From a bacterium (GTDB lineage Bacteria; Zhuqueibacterota; Zhuqueibacteria; Oceanimicrobiales; Oceanimicrobiaceae): a stretch of DNA of 49,219 nt. Numbering within the stretch: the first letter of the stretch is position 1; every line of letters begins with the position of its first letter. Below are positions 40,369 to 47,661 of the stretch, piece by piece. The notes below the pieces were generated by a model. That model did not search any database and was not told where the DNA came from. It was given only the letters and a program-made list of their open reading frames with translations. The stretch covers positions 1 through 49,219 of the forward strand of contig JBHHXT010000016.1 of NCBI GenBank assembly GCA_046757165.1. Direction: 5' to 3'. A program made the position numbers and the translations under genes.

Positions 40369-40398
40369 TTGACTTCGTTGAAGAACTTGGCGTATGAT
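40369..40398 (+). promoter_or_regulatory. Possible internal sigma70 promoter upstream of menA
   Basis: TTGACT, 18-nt spacer, TATGAT. Confidence 0.4.
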
Positions 40399-40450
40399 GA
40401 TCAAGCACCGATCATACACGGCTGGGGCTGGCTAAAAAGGCCCCTGTGCC

Positions 40451-40568
40451 TGTCATTTCGAGCGAATGCGAGAAATCTTTTCGGGCAAGGGACTGCGGTG
40501 GAAACAATTGTTTTCCAAAACCCGACGATTGGTGCACAGTGAGATTCCTCCCTTCGGGCGGAATGACA
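40451..40568. repeat. Palindromic MITE-like element (TGTCATT...AATGACA type)
   Basis: Ends TGTCATTTCG...AGAAATCT and AGATTCCT...CGGAATGACA (terminal IR 9/10); central GGAAACAATTGTTTTCC hairpin. Confidence 0.75.
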
Positions 40569-40615
40569 TTTCGGGGCTTTGGGACACCCCACCATGACGC
40601 TTGCAAAGTTTTTGA

Positions 40616-40698
40616 TCACGCAAAGCCGCAAAGGACACAACGAAGAAACAAGATAGCTTCTATTTGAAAGCTTCGTGCTCTTCGCGTCTTTGTGTGAG
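40616..40698. repeat. Second copy of the CACGCAAAG-type dispersed inverted repeat
   Basis: TCACGCAAAGCCGCAAAG (40616-40633) is the reverse complement of 1103-1120; partner arm CTTCGCGTCTTTGTGTGAG near 40680-40698. Confidence 0.75.
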
Positions 40699-40752
40699 AC
40701 TTTTTTGTGCTCGATGTTTGCAGGAAGTATTCTATGTTACGTTGAGGGGTAG

Positions 40753-41628
40753 ATGCCGAAATTCAAAACCTGGCTTTCCGCCTTCCGACTCCGCACCTTG
40801 CCTCTGGCGACCGCGGGCATTGTGCTCGGCAGTTTACTGGCCGCAGCAGAGCACGCCCTCCGTTGGCGGGTCGCTGCGCTCTGCCTGGTGACGGCGGTCG
40901 TGTTGCAGATTTTATCCAATCTGGCGAACGATTACGGCGACAGTGTGCACGGCGCAGACAGCGAGAACCGTGTCGGGCCACGGCGCGCCACGCAGGCCGG
41001 CCACATCTCTGTTGCTGCCATGCGCAGGGCCGTACTTGTGTTTGCTGGATTGGGTCTGGCAGCCGGCTATGTCTTGATTCGGGACGAAAGCCTCGTCTTT
41101 CATGCCGCCGGGTTGGCGGCTATCGCCGCGGCGGTGACCTACACTCTCGGACCGAGGCCGTATGGTTACGCAGGTCTGGGGGATATTTTTGTCTTGGTGT
41201 TTTTTGGCGTGGTCGCAGTGTTCGGGACGTACTACTTGCACACGCACAATCTCAATTATCACGTTCTATGGCCCGCCTGCTCCTGTGGGTTGTTCTCTGT
41301 GGCGGTGCTCAATATCAACAACATTCGGGACAGGCGGTCGGACAAGATCGCCGGCAAGATCACGATTCCTGTCCGGATTGGAGAAAGGAAGGCGCGGCTT
41401 TATCATTGGACTTTGCTGATCACGGGGGCAGGATGCGCGGTGGTATTTGTCCTGCTCGAGTTTCGCACTTACTGGCAGTTTTTGTTTTTTCTCAGTTTGC
41501 CTTTGATTCTGAAAAACGGCCTGTTTGTCGCGAGAACACAAGCTGCACAGCTCGACCCTTGCCTGAAACAGATGGCCATCGCGACTTTGGTGTTTGCTTT
41601 TAGTTTTGGTCTCGGGGGGCTGTTCTGA
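40753..41628 (+). CDS. menA: 1,4-dihydroxy-2-naphthoate polyprenyltransferase
   Basis: WLSAFRLRTLPL, LQILSNLANDYGD..HGAD...RVGP.R, YT.GP.PYGY.GLGD, VLNINNIRD...D...GK.T.PV. Confidence 0.96.
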   Translation: MPKFKTWLSAFRLRTLPLATAGIVLGSLLAAAEHALRWRVAALCLVTAVVLQILSNLANDYGDSVHGADSENRVGPRRATQAGHISVAAMRRAVLVFAGLGLAAGYVLIRDESLVFHAAGLAAIAAAVTYTLGPRPYGYAGLGDIFVLVFFGVVAVFGTYYLHTHNLNYHVLWPACSCGLFSVAVLNINNIRDRRSDKIAGKITIPVRIGERKARLYHWTLLITGAGCAVVFVLLEFRTYWQFLFFLSLPLILKNGLFVARTQAAQLDPCLKQMAIATLVFAFSFGLGGLF

Positions 41629-41653
41629 TACCGGTTGACGATCTGACACTTCT

Positions 41654-41793
41654 GTAACGCGACATTTATGTCGCCGAGCTCGAGGTTTAACGGGTTCCCA
41701 CGTTCCGCGTGGAAATCAGTTTTTGACGCCGCGCGTCGAGTAAAGGGACGCAGAGCGTCAAACCCGGGTGCCAACGCAGAGCGTTGGCACCAG
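41654..41793. repeat. Cluster of REP-like hairpins between menA and menC
   Basis: GCGACAT-TT-ATGTCGC; TTCCCACG-TTCCG-CGTGGAAA; GACGC-CGC-GCGTC; GACGC-AGA-GCGTC; GGTGCCAACGC-AGA-GCGTTGGCACC. Confidence 0.75.
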
Positions 41794-41852
41794 ACAACAT
41801 TCTGATACCTTTTAGACAGCCCCTTATGTTTCATGCAGTTACGTGAATACAT

Positions 41853-42914
41853 ATGGAAGCAAAATTCAAAAGATTTACTTTGAAATTCATCGAACCAATG
41901 GGGACCTCGCGTGGCATCCTGCGGGAGCGCGAGACTCATATTCTTGGCCTCGAGAACGCTGCCGGCACCCTGGGGCTGGGCGAGTGTGCCCCTCTGACAG
42001 GGCTAAGCATAGATGACCGCCCGCACTTGGCCCAAAAACTTCAGGCTGTCTGTGACCAGTTGAACGACGGCAAAAGCGCTGACGAGCTGGACCTGTCGGA
42101 CTGGCCGGCGATCCAATTCGGCGTCGAGACGGCTCTGCTGGACTTGCGCGCCGGGGGCACACAGCTCCTGTTTGACACCAGTTTCACCCGCGGGACCCGG
42201 CTCATTGCCACCAACGGCCTGATTGTCATGGGCCAGGCCGACCACATGCTGCGCCAGGTGGTGGACAAGGTCGCTGCCGGGTTCAGATGTATCAAAATAA
42301 AGGTCGGCGCGTTGAAGTTCGACGATGAATGCCGTTTGCTCACGGAAGTTCGAAAGCAGTTTCCACCCCGGCAAATCGAGCTGCGGTTGGATGCCAACGG
42401 GGCGTTTGACGAAGATGAGGCTCTGGAAAAGCTCAAACGGCTTTCTGAGTTCACTGTCCATTCCCTGGAGCAGCCCATCAAAGCGGGCCGCTGGCAGGCG
42501 ATGGCTCGTTTGTGCTGCGAAAGCCCCATCGCCATCGCGCTGGACGAAGAATTGATCGGGATTGAGACGCTGGCTGAACGTCGGGAGCTGCTGCAAACCA
42601 TCCGGCCACAGTTCATCATCCTGAAGCCAACGCTGTTGGGCGGATTCGAGTCTGCACAGGTCTGGATCGATCTGGCGGAGACCTGCGACATCGGCACCTG
42701 GGTGACCTCGGCGTTGGAGTCCAATGTCGGGCTGAACAGCATCAGTCAGTGGACCAGCACGCGGGTCTGCAATCGGGTGCAGGGGTTGGGAACCGGTCGT
42801 CTCTATCAGACGAACTTTGCCTCGGCCCTGAGCCTCCGGGAGGGGGCATTGCACTATGACCCGCGTCGGGCACCGTCACCGCCGGCGGACCTTTCTCAAT
42901 TGCAGCTGCAATGA
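41853..42914 (+). CDS. menC: o-succinylbenzoate synthase
   Basis: GTSRG.L, GECAPL.GLS.D, KIKVG, LRLDANGAF, SLEQPI, PIALDEELIG, IILKPTLLGG, TSALESNVGL, QGLGTG.LY. Confidence 0.94.
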   Translation: MEAKFKRFTLKFIEPMGTSRGILRERETHILGLENAAGTLGLGECAPLTGLSIDDRPHLAQKLQAVCDQLNDGKSADELDLSDWPAIQFGVETALLDLRAGGTQLLFDTSFTRGTRLIATNGLIVMGQADHMLRQVVDKVAAGFRCIKIKVGALKFDDECRLLTEVRKQFPPRQIELRLDANGAFDEDEALEKLKRLSEFTVHSLEQPIKAGRWQAMARLCCESPIAIALDEELIGIETLAERRELLQTIRPQFIILKPTLLGGFESAQVWIDLAETCDIGTWVTSALESNVGLNSISQWTSTRVCNRVQGLGTGRLYQTNFASALSLREGALHYDPRRAPSPPADLSQLQLQ

Positions 42915-42920
42915 GGGCGC

Positions 42921-44060
42921 ATGCCTTTTGAAATTCTCAAACTAAGGGGACAAATTCTTACCCGGGAGTGGATTCTGGCGCATTTCGACGCGCTCGACCC
43001 CAATCGTTTTGGCGGGGTGGAAGCAAAAGCGCTGAGGTTTTGTGGACAATGGCTAGCTGGCACCGAGGAATTCCAGGTGCAAACCTCGGGCTCGACCGGA
43101 AAGCCGAAAACGATTTCTTTGAACCGGAGGCAGATGGCGCTGAGCGCCCGCCTGACCGGTCAGGCGCTCGACCTCAAAGATGGGGATCAGGCGCTCGTTT
43201 GTCTTTCCCCCTTTCATATCGGCGGCGTGATGATGCTGGTGCGCGGTCTCGAGCTGGGTCTCGAGATGACCTTTGTGCCCCCCTGTGCCAATCCCCTTGC
43301 CTGTTCTGACTTGAGTCCTTCTGCTCACTTCGACTTCACCGCGATGGTGCCCTTGCAGCTGCAGACGATTCTGCATGGTGGCCGCCGGCATGAGGCCATG
43401 TTATCGCGGATGAAAGCCATTCTCGTCGGCGGCGCCCCTGTTTCTGAGGCTCTGGTACGACTGTTGCGGAGAATCCGATCCCCTGTCTACCAGACCTTTG
43501 GCATGACCGAAACCGTCAGCCACATCGCGCTGCGAAGGCTAAATGGCCCGTCCAGCTCGCCAGAGTACAAAGTCCTGCCCGGCGTGCAGATCGGACAGGA
43601 CGCGCGCGGCTGCCTGACCATTCGCTCGCCGCTAACCAACGGCCAGGTACTGGTCAGCAACGATCTGGTTGAATTGAAATCAGACAGCCGGTTCGTGTGG
43701 CTGGGCCGGCTGGACAACGTCATCAATAGCGGCGGTGTGAAGGTGAGGGCAGAAAAAGTGGAACAGGCCATCGCCGAAGTCCTGGAGGACAGCGTGGGTC
43801 GGGTTGACTCGAATATCGCGTTTTTGGTAGCCGGAGTGCCGGACACCAGGCTGGGTGAGAAAGTCGTGGCCGTCTTCGAGGCGCCGGAATTTACAAGCCC
43901 GGATCAGGGGGAAATGCTAACACGTCTGTCGCACAAACTTGCCAAATATGAGCTACCGAAAGCGCTCCTGTTCGTGCCAGCTCTCGTCCGCGCGGCCAAC
44001 GGCAAGATCGACCGGCGGGCGACTTTGAAGCGGCTTCTCCCCTCAAAGTCGCATTCGTGA
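42921..44060 (+). CDS. menE: O-succinylbenzoate-CoA ligase (short Bacteroidota-like form)
   Basis: TSGSTGKPK, HIGG.MMLVR, AMVPLQ, LVGGAP, TFGMTETVSHIA, GRLDNVINSGGVK, NGKIDR. Confidence 0.9.
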   Translation: MPFEILKLRGQILTREWILAHFDALDPNRFGGVEAKALRFCGQWLAGTEEFQVQTSGSTGKPKTISLNRRQMALSARLTGQALDLKDGDQALVCLSPFHIGGVMMLVRGLELGLEMTFVPPCANPLACSDLSPSAHFDFTAMVPLQLQTILHGGRRHEAMLSRMKAILVGGAPVSEALVRLLRRIRSPVYQTFGMTETVSHIALRRLNGPSSSPEYKVLPGVQIGQDARGCLTIRSPLTNGQVLVSNDLVELKSDSRFVWLGRLDNVINSGGVKVRAEKVEQAIAEVLEDSVGRVDSNIAFLVAGVPDTRLGEKVVAVFEAPEFTSPDQGEMLTRLSHKLAKYELPKALLFVPALVRAANGKIDRRATLKRLLPSKSHS

Positions 44061-44089
44061 ACCGCGGCGTACAGCGAAATGCTGCTTGC

Positions 44090-45532
44090 TCAAAATTTTC
44101 GCATCGTGCCAAAGATATCGAATTTGGCGTCGCCGTTATCACTGGTCACACTGATCGACACAGTGGTATCGGTGCCCTCGATCTCTGCGGGTTTGGAGTT
44201 CGTTACTTTGATCCTGAACAACGTGGCGGCCCGGCTGCGGGTGTCATCCAGTCGGATGTCAATGTCTCCTGTGACCGAGCCGTTATTGGTCTCTACTTTT
44301 ATTTCCGTTCCTTTCACGAGCGGATTCTTGTTGCCATCGCTGACTCTAAAGGTAAAGTCTATGGATTCGTCCGGGCCAAGGTCAAAGGTGGATGGGCTGA
44401 CGTCTGCAATCACCGTCGTACCTGAAAACAGGACGATGTTCTCAGCGTAGATGAACTCGTGGTTCTCATCCAGAGTTTGCCCGGTGATGAGTGCGTAGCC
44501 GGTTTCACTAAAGTAAGCTGGCAGGCTGGCCGGGTCGAGTATCCTGAGTTCGCTGAAATTCAACCCGGGCGGCACGGGCAGTCCGGAGATCAGGAGAACC
44601 TGGCAGGCGCCAAGCGAATCTGTCACACTGCTGCCCTCGATGATTCCGCCACTACTGAAAAACTGTACCGCAGTGCCGGGGGGCACCGGGTTGGAGAATT
44701 TGTCCCCCACGTGCGCCGTGATGGCGTTGGTCAGTCCAAAGAACCGGATACCGGCAAAGTTCACCTTTGTGACCGCAACGCTGAAGTGGGCCTGATCCGG
44801 CAGCCAGCCGTTGATGGCAATGGGCACCGGCTCCGACTGAATCGTTGTGTCGACCACTTCAGCAATGATCTGAACGGTGCCGGCCAGGGTGCCACTGTTG
44901 ACGGTCGTGACCACCCGGCCACTGTTGCTGGTCAAAGCAGAATCCGGTGACACGAATTCGCCGCCGCCGGGCCCGCTGACAATTTGAAAGCAGACTTTGA
45001 CCTGGTGGTCACTGTCTACCGGGATCCCGTTGGCATCCCGAACTTCGAACGTCAGGTTACTGGTTTCGTTGGCCCCCGAGTGCTTGACAAATATGCGGCT
45101 GTGCTGCACCGCGATCATGACGACGTTGGCTGCGTCGCCGCTGCTTCCGGTCACCGGCCCCGTAAGCTGGGTCATGACCGCATCCGGGATGGTGGATCTG
45201 TCCCCATTCTTCACCGCGACGTTGATGCTGGTCTCCTCAAACCCTTCTTTGGTAAAAGAGAGAATGATCAACACGGTGGCTGAGTCGTCGAGCTGCACCT
45301 CCAAACGATACTCGCCGTTTTCGTCTGTGGCAGCGGTTTCCGCAAAACCTGTCGAGCGCACCAGCACGCCCTGCAAGGGCCGCAGCGTGCCTTCCTGAAC
45401 GACCCGGCCTTGCAGGACGGCCGTGTCGCCCGGGGTGATGGGATTATCCGTGCAGCTCTGTTGTGCGATAAATAGAAAGATGAAAACAAGGGGCCCGGCG
45501 GACCACTTTGTCGAAGAGAACTTTTTTTCCAT
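44090..45532 (-). CDS. Putative lipoprotein with carboxypeptidase-regulatory-like and Ig-like (invasin/Big-1-like) domains
   Basis: Signal peptide ending in QQSC; LQGRVV...PLQGVLV...TDENGEY; FEVRDANGIPV, T.NSGRV, GDKFSNPVPPGTAVQF, VSDGNKNPLV.GT. Confidence 0.7.
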   Translation of the reverse strand: MEKKFSSTKWSAGPLVFIFLFIAQQSCTDNPITPGDTAVLQGRVVQEGTLRPLQGVLVRSTGFAETAATDENGEYRLEVQLDDSATVLIILSFTKEGFEETSINVAVKNGDRSTIPDAVMTQLTGPVTGSSGDAANVVMIAVQHSRIFVKHSGANETSNLTFEVRDANGIPVDSDHQVKVCFQIVSGPGGGEFVSPDSALTSNSGRVVTTVNSGTLAGTVQIIAEVVDTTIQSEPVPIAINGWLPDQAHFSVAVTKVNFAGIRFFGLTNAITAHVGDKFSNPVPPGTAVQFFSSGGIIEGSSVTDSLGACQVLLISGLPVPPGLNFSELRILDPASLPAYFSETGYALITGQTLDENHEFIYAENIVLFSGTTVIADVSPSTFDLGPDESIDFTFRVSDGNKNPLVKGTEIKVETNNGSVTGDIDIRLDDTRSRAATLFRIKVTNSKPAEIEGTDTTVSISVTSDNGDAKFDIFGTMRKF

Positions 45533-45641
45533 GACACCTTCTTTGTCCTGTTGCTACAGCAAGCATAAAACTAACGACCCTATAAGTACCCGCTAAGCGA
45601 GGGTTTCGCAGAACACTCCACAACAGGAGCTTGCTAGCCCA

Positions 45642-45674
45642 AACCTTGCGAAGGTTCGAAACCTTCGCAAGGTT
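45642..45674. repeat. Perfect 15-bp inverted repeat (REP-like)
   Basis: AACCTTGCGAAGGTT-CGA-AACCTTCGCAAGGTT. Confidence 0.8.
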
Positions 45675-45703
45675 GAGCCTGCCAGCGAGTACATCACAAA
45701 AAT

Positions 45704-45803
45704 TCCGGCTTGAAACAGGAGTGCAATGCTTCAGCATTGCGACACTTGAAGTTCGCAAGAACCTGAAAAGCTGAAGCTTTTCACTCCGGCTTGACACAGG
45801 AGT
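45704..45803. repeat. GGAG-footed REP doublet (REPIN-like) overlapped by 19-bp direct repeats
   Basis: GGAGTGCAATGCTTCAGCATTGC (45718-45740, plus) and GGAGTGAAAAGCTTCAGCTTTTC (45787-45765, minus); TCCGGCTTGA(A/C)ACAGGAGT at 45704-45722 and 45785-45803. Confidence 0.7.
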
Positions 45804-45895
45804 TTCGAGGCGTGCATCCTGGCAACAAGCGGTTGGCAAGAATTCTTTGAAGCAGAAACGTCTGGGTATTTAGACGCTGTGTGGATGAATTCGGG

Positions 45896-47032
45896 TTAGT
45901 CTGGTTCCCGGACAGAATAGAGAATCTCTGCATAAACGCCGAAGTGGTCGCTGGCGTGGACGCCGTCGATGACCTCGTCGAGCACCACCCGGCTGTCGCT
46001 GACAGAAATCCCTGGCGATTGCCTGACAAAAACATAATCGATGCGCTTCGGCGTCGCCTCATGCATGCGCTTCAGCACAGTGTACAGGTCTAATGTCTGA
46101 GATTCCTGCGCTTCGTGCCGGCTCAGGTAGTGAGTCTGGTAATTTCGGTTCCGGTCCGGGTCCCAGGTAAAGCCCGGCGCTTGTGGGTGCACCTTTTGAA
46201 AGGTGTCGAGCAGGCCAAATTCCACAAGGTTCTTTATCTCCCGGGCCTCGTCGGTCGCGTTGAAGTCCCCCATCAAAATAGAAGGATGAGGACCGGCGGT
46301 TTTTTGAATAAAGGCCAGGGTCTTTTCGGCTTCTGACAACCGCCAGGCTTGTCCTGCTTTAATTTGTTCGAGGACCTGGCGGCGGTTTTCCGGGGTCGCG
46401 AGCCCGCGAGAGGTCAAGTCCTCTGCTTTCTGCTTGATTTGCGCTGTTGCGAGCATCGACGCATGCCAGTGTGTGACGAAGACGTAGAGCGGGGTGCCTT
46501 TGTTGATGACCTTGACTGCGATCACCTGGGTGGCATCTGAAAAGTGGAAGGTGAAGAAATTGCCGACGTGGCCGCCGGAGAGCTGTTGACGACCGGCAAA
46601 CTCTGCCCGCAGGTCCTTGCGCGTTAGAATCGCGTCGCCTTCGCGCAGATTCCACGGCAGCCCGACCGGTCCCAGCCGGACACCGCCGATACCGACATGA
46701 AAGAATACGTCGTAGCCCAGGTCGCCGGCCAGACGGTCGGCGTAACCGGGCAGTTTGTTCGCTTCCTGCACACCGATGATATCCGGGCTCATGGCCTTGA
46801 TTTGATGAACAAGCGCCTGGTACCGCTTTTCGCGCACGGTTTTGGTTTCATACTCGCCCATCCAGACATTGCCCTGGTAGTCGAGGCCAGACCAGACGTT
46901 GATATCGAGAATCCTGAGGGTGTCAAGAGCGGCCGGGGGAGCCCGCGTGGTTCTATCCGCTTCGGTCTGGCAGGCAAGACAGAGCACCAGAAGCGGAACA
47001 CAGGAAAGGGCAGGCAGCGAAAATGACTTCAA
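45896..47032 (-). CDS. Endonuclease/exonuclease/phosphatase (EEP) family lipoprotein
   Basis: Lipobox LCLAC; LDINVW, IGVQE, VTH, MGDFN, RIDYVF, ASDHFGV. The TTG start overlaps the upstream stop (TTGA). Confidence 0.88.
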   Translation of the reverse strand: MKSFSLPALSCVPLLVLCLACQTEADRTTRAPPAALDTLRILDINVWSGLDYQGNVWMGEYETKTVREKRYQALVHQIKAMSPDIIGVQEANKLPGYADRLAGDLGYDVFFHVGIGGVRLGPVGLPWNLREGDAILTRKDLRAEFAGRQQLSGGHVGNFFTFHFSDATQVIAVKVINKGTPLYVFVTHWHASMLATAQIKQKAEDLTSRGLATPENRRQVLEQIKAGQAWRLSEAEKTLAFIQKTAGPHPSILMGDFNATDEAREIKNLVEFGLLDTFQKVHPQAPGFTWDPDRNRNYQTHYLSRHEAQESQTLDLYTVLKRMHEATPKRIDYVFVRQSPGISVSDSRVVLDEVIDGVHASDHFGVYAEILYSVREPD

Positions 47033-47505
47033 GCTTCTTCTTCCACCAACTTGTATTCGGTTGTAATAACGATGGCTTTGTGCAGGGAGCGATAGACCGG
47101 GCAGTACCCGGCGTGGAGGTTGTGCACGCGGTCAATAGTTTCCTTCAACTCAGGTGGCGCCGCCAGCGAATAAGCGACATGGATTCGGCGAATGACGAGC
47201 ACTTTGTCTTCAAGCTCGACCTCACCGGTGACCTCGGCCGTCAGCTTTTGATTGCTCGCGTCGATCTTGCGCGCTTCCAGCGCGCCGCCAAAGGTGCCGG
47301 TCAGTCAGCCCCCGGCCGCCGCGATGACGTAATCCAGGGTCGTGGCATGGGGCTCAGACACTTCAGGACGCACGCCGTAGTGTTCAGCGATAGCGCCGTG
47401 CACCCCGAAGCGGACGGCTTCTTTCTCTGCCGGCAGATACGCTTCACGCAACGGCCCTTCCCTGCGTTCGATACGGACTTTCGAGACATAAACGACTTCA
47501 GACAT
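47029..47505 (-). CDS. OsmC-family selenoprotein (158 aa; in-frame UGA at codon 67 read as Sec)
   Basis: AAGGAG RBS and ATG at 47505. ...LDYVIAAAGG-UGA(47307-47305)-LTGTFGGALEARKID... continues open for 91 codons through H.GYCPVYRSL to the stop at 47031-47029. The UGA occupies the first OsmC catalytic Cys position and C135 (CPV) is the second. Confidence 0.85.
47266..47304 (-). promoter_or_regulatory. Bacterial SECIS-like hairpin
   Basis: GCGCGCU-GGA-AGCGCGC stem-loop (47285-47269); G-first apical loop starts 27 nt 3' of the UGA; CUU/AAG can form a lower stem. Confidence 0.7.
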
Positions 47506-47608
47506 GATCTCTCCTTTTTTGTGGGTTGCCCAGCAAATAGAATCCACCTGAGTTGGGATTCGATTCATCACCCCCGGAAAACCAGATTGTCCTATGGTTG
47601 GCCTGTGA

Positions 47609-47661
47609 CCAATTCAACAATTCAACAATGAAACAATAGAACAATAGAACAATAAAACAAT
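47609..47661. repeat. 8-bp tandem repeat (ACAATNNA) x about 6.5
   Basis: CCAATTCA ACAATTCA ACAATGAA ACAATAGA ACAATAGA ACAATAAA ACAAT, immediately after the gabD stop. Confidence 0.85.

Noticed and set aside
40401..40667. Small ORFs in the menB-menA gap
   Set aside because: They coincide with palindromic repeat elements and lack an RBS or protein-like composition.
47029..47571. OsmC as a nonsense pseudogene, or the 88-aa ORF as the whole gene
   Set aside because: The stop is UGA exactly at the catalytic Cys column, is followed by a SECIS-like hairpin, and the downstream frame is intact. Recoding is more parsimonious, pending a check for sel genes.
47023..47631. 202-aa plus-strand ORF over the OsmC locus
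   Set aside because: Antisense shadow of the read-through OsmC frame; no recognisable motifs, while the minus frame has an RBS, family motifs and operon context.
45642..47661. CRISPR array interpretation of the short repeats
   Set aside because: No three or more identical 23-47 bp repeats with unique spacers, and no cas genes.
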